This document shows positions 26,908-36,780 of a stretch of 64,000 bases of DNA, one piece after another. The stretch comes from an uncultured Acidimicrobiales bacterium (GTDB lineage Bacteria > Actinomycetota > Acidimicrobiia > Acidimicrobiales > UBA10347): assembly GCA_938015575.1 (NCBI GenBank), contig CALLPT010000177.1:8182-72181 (forward strand), written 5' to 3'. The stretch's first letter is position 1. Each line of letters starts with the position of its first letter. A program made the translations under genes and the position numbers. Below the pieces are notes generated by a model. The model was not told the origin of the DNA. It did not search any database and worked only from the letters and a program-made list of their open reading frames with translations.

Positions 26908-27384
26908 CTAGTCGAGGTCGCGGCGAGCGAAGAACTGCGCGATCGCGAAGCCGGCCACGATCGCCGCGCCGATCGCGAGCACGACTCGTCCGTCCGACGA
27001 GAGCGCGTTCGGCAGCGCAATCAACACGATGGCCGCGATCACGAAGACCACATTGACCCGCAGGACAAGATCGACTTCGCGGCGGCGAGAGATCCGCCGG
27101 TTGGCGAAGAGCGTGACCACGAACGACCACAGCAATACGACGACACCGAACACGACGATGATCCAGCCGGCAATGCCGAGCCAATCGGACATGAACGAAC
27201 CGGTGAGGGTAAGGACCAGTCCAACGATGTTGCAGAAGGCGGCGTCGAGTCCGAGCGCGAAATTCGCGAAACGAGTCGACGGCTCTTCGGGGGCTCGGGA
27301 AAATGACGGCGTGGTCACGGGTCCAAAGCGTACGGGCTGGCCAGCGACCCCGACGTCGTCATCGCCCCAATCTCGGACCCGCAT
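26908..27384 (-). CDS. membrane protein (4 TM), unknown function
   Basis: Start trimmed to ATG 27384 because the listed ORF (to 27666) overlaps the upstream GGDEF gene and is Arg/Gly junk. The remainder has clean TM helices (FALGLDAAFCNIVGLVLTL, IAGWIIVVFGVVVLLWSFVV, VVFVIAAIVLIAL, LAIGAAIVAGFAIA). Confidence 0.55.
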   Translation of the reverse strand: MRVRDWGDDDVGVAGQPVRFGPVTTPSFSRAPEEPSTRFANFALGLDAAFCNIVGLVLTLTGSFMSDWLGIAGWIIVVFGVVVLLWSFVVTLFANRRISRRREVDLVLRVNVVFVIAAIVLIALPNALSSDGRVVLAIGAAIVAGFAIAQFFARRDLD

Positions 27385-27431
27385 GCCCAACGCAACAGGA
27401 CAGTTGCGGGTGTCGGAGCAACGCAGCGGGG

Positions 27432-28718
27432 TTAGTCGACCTCGGCGGCGACGACGAGCCGCGCCTTGCCCTCGGCCTTGGCCTGCATGAGCGCGCGATC
27501 GGCCCGATCGAGCAGGTCTGGACCGGCGCTGCGACGAGTGCCGACCACGATGCCCACGCTGGCGCCACCCGGCACCCGCACCCCATCGATGTCGTAGCTG
27601 CGGTTGAGGGCCTCGAGAACCCGGTCCGCGATGACCGGCGCCGAGTCGGGACGAATCCACCGGCACAGAACCGCGAACTCGTCTCCCCCCAGCCGGGCCA
27701 CCACATCACCTTTGCTCACCGCATGTCGAAGCCGTTCACCGACCAGTTGCAACACTCGGTCGCCCATGGCGTGACCCCAGAAGTCGTTGATGTCTTTGAA
27801 CCGATCGAGGTCGATGTACATGACCGCAACCGACTCGTTGTGCTGCACCGGAAACTCGTTCATGAACGCTCGACGATTGGCGAGACCCGTCAACGGATCC
27901 GTGTTCGCTCGGGCGGCGAGCGATGCCTGAGCGCGGCCCCGGGTCAAGGCCAGTGCGGCCAGATCGATGAGGGGGGCAACGACGACCGAAAGGAAGGCGA
28001 CTTCGGGCGGCGGGCCCCATCCCCAGAAGCCAAACGCACCGAGCATCTCACCCCCGCTCGTCACGGGAAACACATGGGCCCAGTCGCAGTTGCCGAGCGC
28101 AACCGATGTCCCAAGGGGTCCGAGCTCACCATCGCCAGGAACCAGATTGTCGACGACGTCAGCGCCGGTCCCCAGGTCGCCAATCGTGCGGCGTTCCCGC
28201 TCGGCGGTCCACCAAATGACCTGGGCGCCGTCGATGCCATTGAAGGTATGGCACGCATCGACGAGCACCCGCACCGCTGATTGATCATCGGCGGATTCGG
28301 CGATGGAGCGCAGTGCTTCGGTCGTTGCGAACCGAGTCGTGACATCGACCAGCGCGACGACGAAATACCAATCGCCGTCCGGTGTGCGTACCCAGCGTCC
28401 GGTCGCCTCGAACGGCACGCTGCGAGTCGGAGTCACCACACGAAGCGGGATGACGACATTGGTGAGACGGCTCGACTGGTCACCGTCGATCGCGTTGACG
28501 GCAAAGGTCGTGGCCACGCGATCCAGGTCGTCGGCGTGCACCAACTCAACCACGGAACGCCCAACCGGTGCGACTCCCACCGCGGCAGCCGACGGGCTCG
28601 CCCAGCGGACGATCATGTCGCTATCGAGGACGACGGTGATGACGCTCGACTCCCTGAGCAGCGAGGTGATCGCGAGATCACGCAGGGCATCCGGTTCCCG
28701 ATCACCACGCCGCGCCAC
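27432..28718 (-). CDS. diguanylate cyclase with PAS and GAF-like sensor region
   Basis: DPLTGLANRRAF, YIDLDRFKDINDFWGHAMGD, RLGGDEFAVL. The residue 3 positions before the conserved Asp upstream of GGDEF is S (SKGD), so there is no canonical RxxD I-site. Confidence 0.9.
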   Translation of the reverse strand: MARRGDREPDALRDLAITSLLRESSVITVVLDSDMIVRWASPSAAAVGVAPVGRSVVELVHADDLDRVATTFAVNAIDGDQSSRLTNVVIPLRVVTPTRSVPFEATGRWVRTPDGDWYFVVALVDVTTRFATTEALRSIAESADDQSAVRVLVDACHTFNGIDGAQVIWWTAERERRTIGDLGTGADVVDNLVPGDGELGPLGTSVALGNCDWAHVFPVTSGGEMLGAFGFWGWGPPPEVAFLSVVVAPLIDLAALALTRGRAQASLAARANTDPLTGLANRRAFMNEFPVQHNESVAVMYIDLDRFKDINDFWGHAMGDRVLQLVGERLRHAVSKGDVVARLGGDEFAVLCRWIRPDSAPVIADRVLEALNRSYDIDGVRVPGGASVGIVVGTRRSAGPDLLDRADRALMQAKAEGKARLVVAAEVD

Positions 28719-28974
28719 AGGCTCGACAGTACGGATGGGGTTCGAGTCTGGCGAGCAATAGTTGCGCGGCGATGGGTCCCAGACCCCACGAGCGCGACGT
28801 TTCGTTACCGACCCGACACGTCTGCACGATCGCCTGCATCGTCACCTCATGTGCGGGTCGAGGAACGCCTGGTCGCGTCCTCGAGCGGAGAAGTCGCGAA
28901 GATGCTGGCAGAACGGTCCGTGCTTCGATAGACATAGGGGCTGATCCGACATCAGGTCGATCAAGGAGGGTCCC

Positions 28975-30105
28975 ATGTCCAGAGCATTCAAGCTCGCGCT
29001 TGCGTCGTTGGTGGCGCTGGCACTGTTTGCCACCGGTTGTGGTGGTGACGACGGCGATGACACCAAAGCCGCATTCGTGATGGTTGCACCCATCGGCGAT
29101 GCCGGCTGGAACTTCATGCACAACCAGGGTCGCCTGGGTGCGCAAGAGGAGACCGGTGTCGAAACCGCATTCGTCGAATCAATCCCTGAAGGCGGTGCCG
29201 AATTCGACAACGCCGTTCAGCAGTTCATCGACGATGGCTACAACGTCATCATCACCACGTCGTTCGGTTACATGGACGCCACGGAGCAGTTCGCGAACGA
29301 CAACCCCGATGTGATCTTCGAGCACGTCTCGGGCTTCAAGATGAACGACACGAACTTCGGCAACACGTTCGGCCGTATGTACCAGCCGCGCTACATCGCC
29401 GGCATGGCCGCAGGCGCAGCAACCGAGTCGGACCGCATCGGCTACGTCGCTGCGTTCCCGATCCCCGAGGTCATCCGCGGTATCAACGCATTCGCACTCG
29501 GCGTTGCCCGCACCAACCCCGACGCTGTCGTCGAAGTTGCCTGGACCAGCACCTGGTTCGATCCTGGTGTCGAAGGCAACACGGCCCAGGCGCTGATCGA
29601 CGCCGGCGCTGACGTGCTCACGATGCACCAGGATTCGACCGCCACGGGTCAGGCCATCACCGACGCCGGTGGCACGTTCATCGGTTACCACTCGGACATG
29701 TCCGAGCAGGTCGACGGCTACCTGACCGCCCCGGTGTGGGACTGGACACCTCGTTACTCCCAGATCATCGAAGACGCCAAGAACGGCACCTACACGCCCG
29801 AGGCGTGGTGGGGTGGCATGGCTGACGGTGTCGTCGACATTGACATTCCCGACAGCTCGCCGGTGGCCGGCGAGATGAAAGAAGTCAAGCAGCAGATCCT
29901 CGATGGTGAATTCGATGTGTTCGACCAGGGCAGCGTTGTTGCCCAGGACGGCACGGTCATCTTCCAGGACGGCGTGATCGTGAACGGTTTCCCGAATGCA
30001 TTCGCACCTGACGTGATGGTCGGTGAACCGGGCGCAGCGATCGACGACTTCATCCTGCTCGACATGAACTTCTTCGTCGAGAACGTCGAAGGCTCACTCG
30101 GCTAA
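28975..30105 (+). CDS. BMP-family (PnrA-like) ABC substrate-binding lipoprotein, probably nucleoside-binding
   Basis: Lipobox ALFATGC. PIGDAGWNFMHNQG, IITTSFGYMD and IGYVAAFPIPEVIRGINAFALG are typical of the Bmp family. Perfect SD AAGGAGGG. Confidence 0.9.
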   Translation: MSRAFKLALASLVALALFATGCGGDDGDDTKAAFVMVAPIGDAGWNFMHNQGRLGAQEETGVETAFVESIPEGGAEFDNAVQQFIDDGYNVIITTSFGYMDATEQFANDNPDVIFEHVSGFKMNDTNFGNTFGRMYQPRYIAGMAAGAATESDRIGYVAAFPIPEVIRGINAFALGVARTNPDAVVEVAWTSTWFDPGVEGNTAQALIDAGADVLTMHQDSTATGQAITDAGGTFIGYHSDMSEQVDGYLTAPVWDWTPRYSQIIEDAKNGTYTPEAWWGGMADGVVDIDIPDSSPVAGEMKEVKQQILDGEFDVFDQGSVVAQDGTVIFQDGVIVNGFPNAFAPDVMVGEPGAAIDDFILLDMNFFVENVEGSLG

Positions 30106-30226
30106 CGAAACGTTCACAAGCGCCACATAGGCGCATGTGGTGAACTTGTGGCCGGACTACCCCTGGGGTGGTCCGGCCACGATCGCGTTCGGGGCATACT
30201 CGCGACATGGGGGAACGAGGGGAACG

Positions 30227-31756
30227 TTGGTAGCGCCTGCGCAAGGTCAAGCTGTTGAGCTGGACAACATCTGGAAGCGCTTTCCCGGTGTTATTGCCAA
30301 TGCGGGCGCTTCGCTTCGGGTCAAGCATGGCTCGGTTCATGCGGTGCTCGGGGAAAACGGCGCCGGCAAGACGACCCTGATGAACGTGCTTGCCGGGGTG
30401 TATCGCCCCGACGAAGGCACGCTGAAACTTCATGGCGAGGACCAGTCATTCGCCGCACCAGCTGACGCCATCGCTGCTGGCGTCGGCATGGTCCACCAAG
30501 AGTTCCGGCTCGTACCAACCTTCTCGGTAACCGAGAATGTCGTGCTCGGGGCTGCACCCCGAGTACTGAACCGCTCGGCCCTCGAGGACCAAGTAGCGGC
30601 GCTTGCCGAGCGTTTCGGGTTGGCCACCGACCCTCGCCGCGAGGTCTGGCAACTCTCCATGGGTGAGCGCCAGCGAGTCGAGATCCTCAAGGCCTTGTGG
30701 CGTGATGCCCGAGTGCTGATCCTCGATGAGCCGACCGCCGTGCTCACCCCAGTCGAAGCCGAAGAGCTCGGACGCATCACCGCCGCCATGGCGGCCGACG
30801 GACGCAGCATCATCTTCATCAGCCACAAGCTCGACGAGGTGACCGCCTTCTGCGACGAAGCGACGGTGCTTCGGGGCGGTGAGACGGTCGCTGGGAACTT
30901 GGCGGTGAGCGATCTCGACGCCGGGCGCCTGGGCGAGCTCATGGTGGGCGAAGCCACCGCCGTGTCGCAGCGACGGGTCCGTACCACCCAACCCGGCGCC
31001 TCCGCCCTCGACGTCACCGAGCTTCGGGTGGTCGACCTGCATGGTCGCCACATCGTCGACGGCGTGTCCTTGTCCATCGCGTCGGGCGAGGTGCTCGGCA
31101 TCGCCGGCATCGCCGGCAATGGACAACGGCCGCTGGCCGACGCGCTGGCCGGGCTCATCCCGAGTACCGGTTCCGTCCAGTCCGGCATCCACGACCTGAG
31201 TTCAGCGTCGCCAAATGAGCGCCACCGGCGCGGGCTCAGCTATGTGCCCGAGGACCGCATCGGTGTCGGGCTGGCGCCGCGTCTGAGCGTGGCGGACAAC
31301 GCGATCATGCGGACCTATCGCACCGACGCCCAGGGCTTGCTCATCGACCAGGACAAGTCCGTTGCCCACGCCAAGGACTTGGTCGAGCGGTTCAACGTCA
31401 AGATCGCCGACCTGCACTCCCCCATCGCCGGGCTCTCCGGAGGGAACCTCCAACGCCTGCTCGTCGGTCGTGAAGTCGATGGCAACCCGACGGTGCTCAT
31501 CGCGGCCCAGCCGACCCGCGGCCTCGACGTGCAAGGCGTCGCCGCCATCCAACGGGTTCTTCTCGAACAGGCCGAAGCGGGCGTTGCCATCCTGCTCATC
31601 AGCGAGGACCTCGACGAACTCCTGGCCCTGAGCGACCGCCTGGCGGTCATGCACGAAGGCAAGATCGTCGCCGAGTTCGATCCCGACAAGACAACCAGAG
31701 GCGACGTTGGTGTCGCCATGACCGGCGCGGTGCACGCCGAAGGGGCGAGCGCATGA
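30227..31756 (+). CDS. ABC transporter ATP-binding protein with duplicated NBD
   Basis: Walker A GENGAGKTT, signature LSMGERQRVEI and LSGGNLQRLLV, Walker B ILDEPT. The TTG 30227 start is preceded by GGGGAACGAGGGGAAC. The listed GTG 30137 is also possible. Confidence 0.9.
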   Translation: MVAPAQGQAVELDNIWKRFPGVIANAGASLRVKHGSVHAVLGENGAGKTTLMNVLAGVYRPDEGTLKLHGEDQSFAAPADAIAAGVGMVHQEFRLVPTFSVTENVVLGAAPRVLNRSALEDQVAALAERFGLATDPRREVWQLSMGERQRVEILKALWRDARVLILDEPTAVLTPVEAEELGRITAAMAADGRSIIFISHKLDEVTAFCDEATVLRGGETVAGNLAVSDLDAGRLGELMVGEATAVSQRRVRTTQPGASALDVTELRVVDLHGRHIVDGVSLSIASGEVLGIAGIAGNGQRPLADALAGLIPSTGSVQSGIHDLSSASPNERHRRGLSYVPEDRIGVGLAPRLSVADNAIMRTYRTDAQGLLIDQDKSVAHAKDLVERFNVKIADLHSPIAGLSGGNLQRLLVGREVDGNPTVLIAAQPTRGLDVQGVAAIQRVLLEQAEAGVAILLISEDLDELLALSDRLAVMHEGKIVAEFDPDKTTRGDVGVAMTGAVHAEGASA

Positions 31757-32841
31757 GGAACCTGCGCCTGGTGCGCCGAGAGACCCCACTTGCAGGAGGC
31801 CAGTTTCGGGCCGTGCTCGTCGGAGTCGTCATCGCCTTGCTCGTCGGGGTGATCCTCTTGTTGGCGACGGGCAACAACCCGGTGAGCACCTATCTGCGCA
31901 TGCTCGACGGCGCGTTTGGCTCGCCACGGGCCTGGTCCAACACGCTGACCCGGGCGGTGCCACTCGGGCTTGCGGGGCTCGCCGTCGCGGTTGCCGGATC
32001 GATGGGGCTTTGGAACATCGGGGCCGAGGGTCAGATCATTGCGGGTGCGATCGGGGCAGCGTGGGTTGCTCGCCTCGCTCCCGACCTGGCCGGACCACTG
32101 CTCATTCCATTGATGCTGTTGGGTGCGGTCCTCGGTGGTGCCGTGCTCGCCCTCGGCCCAGCCCTGGCGCGGGCCCGGCTCGGGGTCAGCGAGATCATCA
32201 CAACGCTCATGCTCAACGAGGTCGCGATCCGGATCGTGCGGTACCTCGTCAATGGCCCGTGGAAGGATCCCGAGGGCAACAACTTCCCCATCGCGCCCGA
32301 GATTCCCGACCAGGCCAAGCTTCCCGGCCTGTTCGAGCGCGCGAACATCGGCGTGCTCATCGCCGCGGTCGTCGTCGGCCTGTTCGGCTGGCTCGTGTCG
32401 CGCAGCGCGTGGGGTTACGAACTGCGCATCGCCGGATCTTCTGAGCGCACCGCCGAATACGTCGGCATCTCGCTGCGCACCAAAATCCTGACCGTGCTGG
32501 TGATGTCCGGCATGTTCGCCGGGCTCGCCGGCGGTATCGAGCTCACCGGATCGGCAAGCCGATTGGTCGAAGGGGTCGCGGGCGGTTGGGGCTTCGCCGG
32601 CATCATCGTCGCCGCGCTGGCTCTCATGCGCCCCTCAGGTGTCGCGGCGGTCGCCGTGGCCTTTGGCGCCGTGCAGATCGGCGGGCTTTCGATCCAGACC
32701 CAGGGTGTGCCTGCGGCCATCGCGGACATTCTCCAGGCCCTCATCCTGTTCGGGGCCCTCGCCGCAGCCGTGTTCGGCAACTACAAGTTGGTGCGCGGTG
32801 AACCCGCGACGACGCTCGACACTGCTGGGGGTGCCGCATGA
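31753..32841 (+). CDS. ABC transporter permease
   Basis: 362-aa polytopic protein. 4-nt overlap with the ATPase gene. Typical of BMP-associated permeases. Confidence 0.85.
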   Translation: MRNLRLVRRETPLAGGQFRAVLVGVVIALLVGVILLLATGNNPVSTYLRMLDGAFGSPRAWSNTLTRAVPLGLAGLAVAVAGSMGLWNIGAEGQIIAGAIGAAWVARLAPDLAGPLLIPLMLLGAVLGGAVLALGPALARARLGVSEIITTLMLNEVAIRIVRYLVNGPWKDPEGNNFPIAPEIPDQAKLPGLFERANIGVLIAAVVVGLFGWLVSRSAWGYELRIAGSSERTAEYVGISLRTKILTVLVMSGMFAGLAGGIELTGSASRLVEGVAGGWGFAGIIVAALALMRPSGVAAVAVAFGAVQIGGLSIQTQGVPAAIADILQALILFGALAAAVFGNYKLVRGEPATTLDTAGGAA

Positions 32842-33770
32842 ACGAGCAAACCCTGATCGGGCTTGTCATCGCCATCATCGAGTTCGGCACGCTTCTCTAC
32901 TTGGCCGCGCTCGGTGAGCTCATCGCCGAAAAGGCCGGCGTGCTCAACCTGGGCGTCGAAGGCATGATGGCCTTCGGCGGCATGGCGGCATTCTGGGCCG
33001 GCGTCGAGACGGGCAACCCGTGGATCGCGCTCGTCGTCGCCGCGATCGCCGGCACCGCGCTGGCTGCGGTACACGCGGTGATCTCGGTGGTGTTGGGCGC
33101 AGACCAAGTGGTGAGTGGTTTGGCGCTCACGATCCTGGGCTTGGCCATGGCCGCGTTCTTGGGAAAGGACCTGGTGTCGAAGCCGGTCGGCACCCAGTTC
33201 CGCGAACTGGATCTGGGCCCGCTCTCAGATATCCCATGGATCGGCGAAACCTTGTTCTCGATGTCGGCGCTCAGCTGGCTTGCGCTTGCCCTTGGCGTAG
33301 CGACGTGGTTTGTGTTCACCCGCACGAGCACGGGGTTGGCGCTGCGCGCCGTCGGCGAGTCTGCGGCGACCGCCGACGCAGCCGGTCTCCCCGTCGTTCG
33401 CACTCGGGTGATCGCCGTCATGATCGGAGGGGCGCTTGCGGGCATGTCCGGCGCCTACCTCACCTTGCTGCTGGCGCCAGGCTGGAGCGAAGGCACGACC
33501 GCAGGCCGCGGCTGGATTGCCGTCGCGTTGGTGATCTTCGGCGCCTGGCGACCCGGGCGCGTACTGATCGGCGCGTTGCTGTTCGGCGGCCTGATTGCGC
33601 TCGAGCCGCGGTTGCAGACCTTTGGCGTCGAGATCAGCCCGATCCTGCTGAGCATGCTGCCGTATCTCTTGACGATCGGCGTGCTGATCCTGCTGTCGAT
33701 CCGTTCACGAAATCGCCCGAGCGCCGCACCTGCCGCGATCGGTCAGACCTGGCGCCGCGAAGAGCGCTGA
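32838..33770 (+). CDS. ABC transporter permease
   Basis: 310-aa polytopic protein. 4-nt overlap with the upstream permease. Confidence 0.85.
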   Translation: MNEQTLIGLVIAIIEFGTLLYLAALGELIAEKAGVLNLGVEGMMAFGGMAAFWAGVETGNPWIALVVAAIAGTALAAVHAVISVVLGADQVVSGLALTILGLAMAAFLGKDLVSKPVGTQFRELDLGPLSDIPWIGETLFSMSALSWLALALGVATWFVFTRTSTGLALRAVGESAATADAAGLPVVRTRVIAVMIGGALAGMSGAYLTLLLAPGWSEGTTAGRGWIAVALVIFGAWRPGRVLIGALLFGGLIALEPRLQTFGVEISPILLSMLPYLLTIGVLILLSIRSRNRPSAAPAAIGQTWRREER

Positions 33771-33898
33771 CTTCCGCCGGTGTTCTCGTCGAGCACTGAC
33801 GTTCCGAACTCACCGATCCAAGACCCGCTTCCCGGGATGCAGATCGGTGAGCGCGGTGGTCGCCAGCGCGATGGGACGAGATAGGTAGCCTGCGGGCC

Positions 33899-35299
33899 AT
33901 GGTCCAGGTCACCGAACTCGCCGCTCGCCCAACAGGCGGGGTCCTCATCGAGAACGCTGCCGTGTTGACGGTCGACGACTCGTTCACGATCCATGACCCT
34001 GGCTGGGTCCATTTCGTCGATGACCGCATCGCCGGTCTTGGTGAGGGCGCAGCCCCCGACGATGTTCGATCGACCGCCGCAGAAGTTGTCGACGGCACGG
34101 GGCACGCGCTGATGCCCGGAATGACCAACGGTCACACCCACCTTTTCCAGACGTTCTTCCGGGGTCTCGCCGACGACAAGCCTCTTCTGCAATGGCTTCG
34201 CGATTGCATTTGGCCAGGCGCCGTGCACCTCGACGCCGATGCCGCCTACCTCGCCGGGCTCGTCGGCATGATCGAGAATCTCCGGACCGGCGCGACTGCA
34301 ATCCTCGACCACCAGTACGTCCACGTCGATCCTTCGATCGACGACGCGATTTGTCGGGCTGCCGACGAGAGCGGCGTGCGCTACCTCCTCGCCCGCGGCT
34401 GGGCGGATCGCAACTATCCCGAAATCATGTGCGAGACGCCAGACCAAGTGCTGTCCCACACGGAGACGTTGCGAACCCAATGGCACGGCCACGACAACGA
34501 TCGAATTCGCATCGAACTCGCCCCGCTACTGCCGTGGGGTTGCACCGCCGACGCGATGCGCGAGACGGTGGCCAAGACCCGCGAGTGGGGCGCCGGCACC
34601 CACATCCATTGCGCCGAAACCGACGAAGAAGTCCAGCTCAACCTGGAGGAACGGGGCATGCGCCACGTCGAGTGGCTCCACGACATTGGTGTGCTCGGGC
34701 CCGATTTTCAACTCGCACACAGCGTGTGGCTCGACGACGGAGAACTCGACCTGATTGCCGAGGCGGGCGCTTCGGTCGTGAGCTGCCCAGTGAGCAATAT
34801 GTACCTGGCGTCGGGCGTGCCTCGCATCCTCGACATGCGGGCGCGTGGCATCAACATCGCGTTAGCCAGCGACGGCCCGGGCAGTAACAACCGCCAAGAC
34901 ATGTTCGAGGTCCTCAAGTCGACGGTGCTGTTGCAAAAAGTCCATCACCTCGATGCGATGGCGTTGCAACCCGAGGACAGCCTCGAGATGGCCTGTCGCG
35001 GTGGTGCAACGACCTTTGGCACCGGCGACGACACCGGCGTACTTGCCGTAGGACGCAAGGCTGACATCGTCATGGTCGACCTGCGTTCGATCTTCATCGC
35101 CCCCGTACACCGGGTTCCCTCCGCGCTGGTCTTCAATGCCAGCCCGGCTGATGTGTCCGATGTCTGGGTGGACGGACGCCGTTGCGTCGCCCAGGGCCGC
35201 TCGACCATCGTCGACGAGACCGCCCTGCTCGAAGAGGCGACCGCCGCCGCCGCCCGCGTCTTCGCCAAGGCAGGGGTCGAGAGTCGCCTGACGCGATGA
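33899..35299 (+). CDS. amidohydrolase-superfamily deaminase/chlorohydrolase-like enzyme (MtaD/SsnA/guanine-deaminase group)
   Basis: ALMPGMTNGHTHLFQTFFRG, HIHCAET, LAHSVWL, IALASDGPGSNN (metal-binding HxH...H...H...D pattern). Confidence 0.8.
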   Translation: MVQVTELAARPTGGVLIENAAVLTVDDSFTIHDPGWVHFVDDRIAGLGEGAAPDDVRSTAAEVVDGTGHALMPGMTNGHTHLFQTFFRGLADDKPLLQWLRDCIWPGAVHLDADAAYLAGLVGMIENLRTGATAILDHQYVHVDPSIDDAICRAADESGVRYLLARGWADRNYPEIMCETPDQVLSHTETLRTQWHGHDNDRIRIELAPLLPWGCTADAMRETVAKTREWGAGTHIHCAETDEEVQLNLEERGMRHVEWLHDIGVLGPDFQLAHSVWLDDGELDLIAEAGASVVSCPVSNMYLASGVPRILDMRARGINIALASDGPGSNNRQDMFEVLKSTVLLQKVHHLDAMALQPEDSLEMACRGGATTFGTGDDTGVLAVGRKADIVMVDLRSIFIAPVHRVPSALVFNASPADVSDVWVDGRRCVAQGRSTIVDETALLEEATAAAARVFAKAGVESRLTR

Positions 35300-35775
35300 G
35301 CGAAGCCGGCCCGCTGCGCATCCACGAAGCGACGGTGCAACCCGACTGGATCGACTACAACGGTCACGTCAACGACGGGTACTACGTCGTGGGGTTCACC
35401 AAGGCAACCGACGCGGTACAGGATCTGGTCGGCCTCGACCAGACCTATCGAGAGACGAGCGGCTGCTCGATCTACACGGTCGAGGCTCATCTGCTCTACC
35501 AGCGCGAAGTGCCGCCCGAGACGCCGCTGGCATTCGAGAGTTGGGTGCTCGGCGTCGACGAGAAGCGACTGCACCTGTTCCATCGCATGTTGCATGCCGA
35601 TGATGGCTGGTGTGCGGCAACCCATGAACTCATGTTGTTGCACGTCGACACGGTGAACGGCGGTGTGGCACCGATGCCAAAGACCATCGTCGACCAGCTG
35701 GCCGAACTCCGTGATGCACACGCCACACTTCCCGTACCTGCCGAAGTCGGTTCCACCTTCCGCCCTATCACCTAA
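35296..35775 (+). CDS. 4HBT/hotdog-fold acyl-CoA thioesterase
   Basis: ATG 35296 forms an ATGA overlap with the amidohydrolase stop. VQPDWIDYNGHVNDGYYVVGF...YTVEAHLLYQREV is typical of YbgC-like hotdog thioesterases. Confidence 0.75.
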   Translation: MSEAGPLRIHEATVQPDWIDYNGHVNDGYYVVGFTKATDAVQDLVGLDQTYRETSGCSIYTVEAHLLYQREVPPETPLAFESWVLGVDEKRLHLFHRMLHADDGWCAATHELMLLHVDTVNGGVAPMPKTIVDQLAELRDAHATLPVPAEVGSTFRPIT

Positions 35776-35776
35776 C

Positions 35777-35851
35777 GGCGCAACGGTGCCTGACACCTGT
35801 GACGGTCATCGGCGTAACGAGGCGTAACGGTGTCTGACACCTGTGACGGTC
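35777..35851. repeat. tandem 44-nt-period repeat carrying the palindrome GGTG(C/T)CTGACACC
   Basis: AACGGTGCCTGACACCTGTGACGGTC (35782-35807) and AACGGTGTCTGACACCTGTGACGGTC (35826-35851) differ at one base. GGCG[CT]AACG occurs three times (35777, 35811, 35821). It sits in a convergent gap. Confidence 0.7.
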
Positions 35852-35887
35852 GGGCTGGGTTGCGGGTGTCGGAGAAGCGCAACCGAA

Positions 35888-36721
35888 CTAGGCGACGAGG
35901 CTGGTGAGAAAGTCGATGGCCCGCTGGGTCCAAGTTGCCAGTTCATCGGCGGTCGAGTGGATCGCCACCTCGGCGTTTGGCAAGGTCGATCCGAGCTGTT
36001 CCGCGGTCGACACCGGATGACCGGTGTCGCCGGTCCAGGCAAGTACCAAGGCCGGCATCGCGAGCGTCGCGAGCTGATCGAGGCCAGGAAGATCCGCGTA
36101 CCCGGCACCTCGAAAGTTGGCGGCCAACCGCTCAGGTGTCGTGGAACGCATCGCCGCTGCCCGACGGGCGCGGTACTCGTCGCTGCCGACGAACGGGTCG
36201 GGCGGCGCCAACGACGCCGACGCTGCGATGATCGGCTCGACACCCTTGGCTTCGACAACCGACGCCATCTGTTCATAAACGCTGACCTGAGCCGCTCGTT
36301 CTTCCCAGCCGGTCGGCGGGATCACAAGCAGCAACCCTTGGACACGATCACCGAGCTCGAGGGCAGCATGAAGCGCCGTACCTGTACCCATCGAGGCTCC
36401 GCCGAGGATGACTTCGCCGATTCCCAGATAGTCGATCAGCTCGATTTGGTCCTTGGCCAGTTCAGCCCAGCTCCCCCGCTCCGGTTCCGCCAACGGCGAT
36501 GACCTGCCGTGACCCCTGGCGTCGTAGCGGACAACCGTGGCATGTTCTCGCACTCGGTGGAGGTCGACGATCGGATCCCGGTCCTCGTCAGCGCGGCTGC
36601 TGGTGAGCCCGTGCCCCCAGATCAGTGGCGGGGCTTTGGGTGCACCGCCGCTGTCCCAATCGATCGTGGCTCCCCGGACTTTCAATGCCATCGCAAAAGT
36701 GTGGCACCAGCCCAGCACCAT
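35888..36721 (-). CDS. alpha/beta-fold hydrolase
   Basis: Oxyanion region LIWGHGLTSS and nucleophile elbow GASMG. Start may be ATG 36691 (MALKVRG...). Confidence 0.8.
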   Translation of the reverse strand: MVLGWCHTFAMALKVRGATIDWDSGGAPKAPPLIWGHGLTSSRADEDRDPIVDLHRVREHATVVRYDARGHGRSSPLAEPERGSWAELAKDQIELIDYLGIGEVILGGASMGTGTALHAALELGDRVQGLLLVIPPTGWEERAAQVSVYEQMASVVEAKGVEPIIAASASLAPPDPFVGSDEYRARRAAAMRSTTPERLAANFRGAGYADLPGLDQLATLAMPALVLAWTGDTGHPVSTAEQLGSTLPNAEVAIHSTADELATWTQRAIDFLTSLVA

Positions 36722-36780
36722 CTGACAGGACTTGTCGTCATTTGGTCGGGGCTGCGCCCCAGTCCAGTAGTTTCGCGTTT

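Noticed and set aside
28730-28760. GGGGTTCGAGTCTGG, resembling a tRNA T-loop (GGTTCGAGTCC)
   Set aside because: No complementary T-stem, acceptor stem or anticodon arm could be drawn around it. It lies about 15-30 nt upstream of the start (28718) of the minus-strand GGDEF gene.
35777-35851. Possible CRISPR-like repeat
   Set aside because: There are only two full copies with a 44-nt period, no unique spacers of spacer-like length and no cas genes. It is treated as an extragenic palindromic repeat instead.
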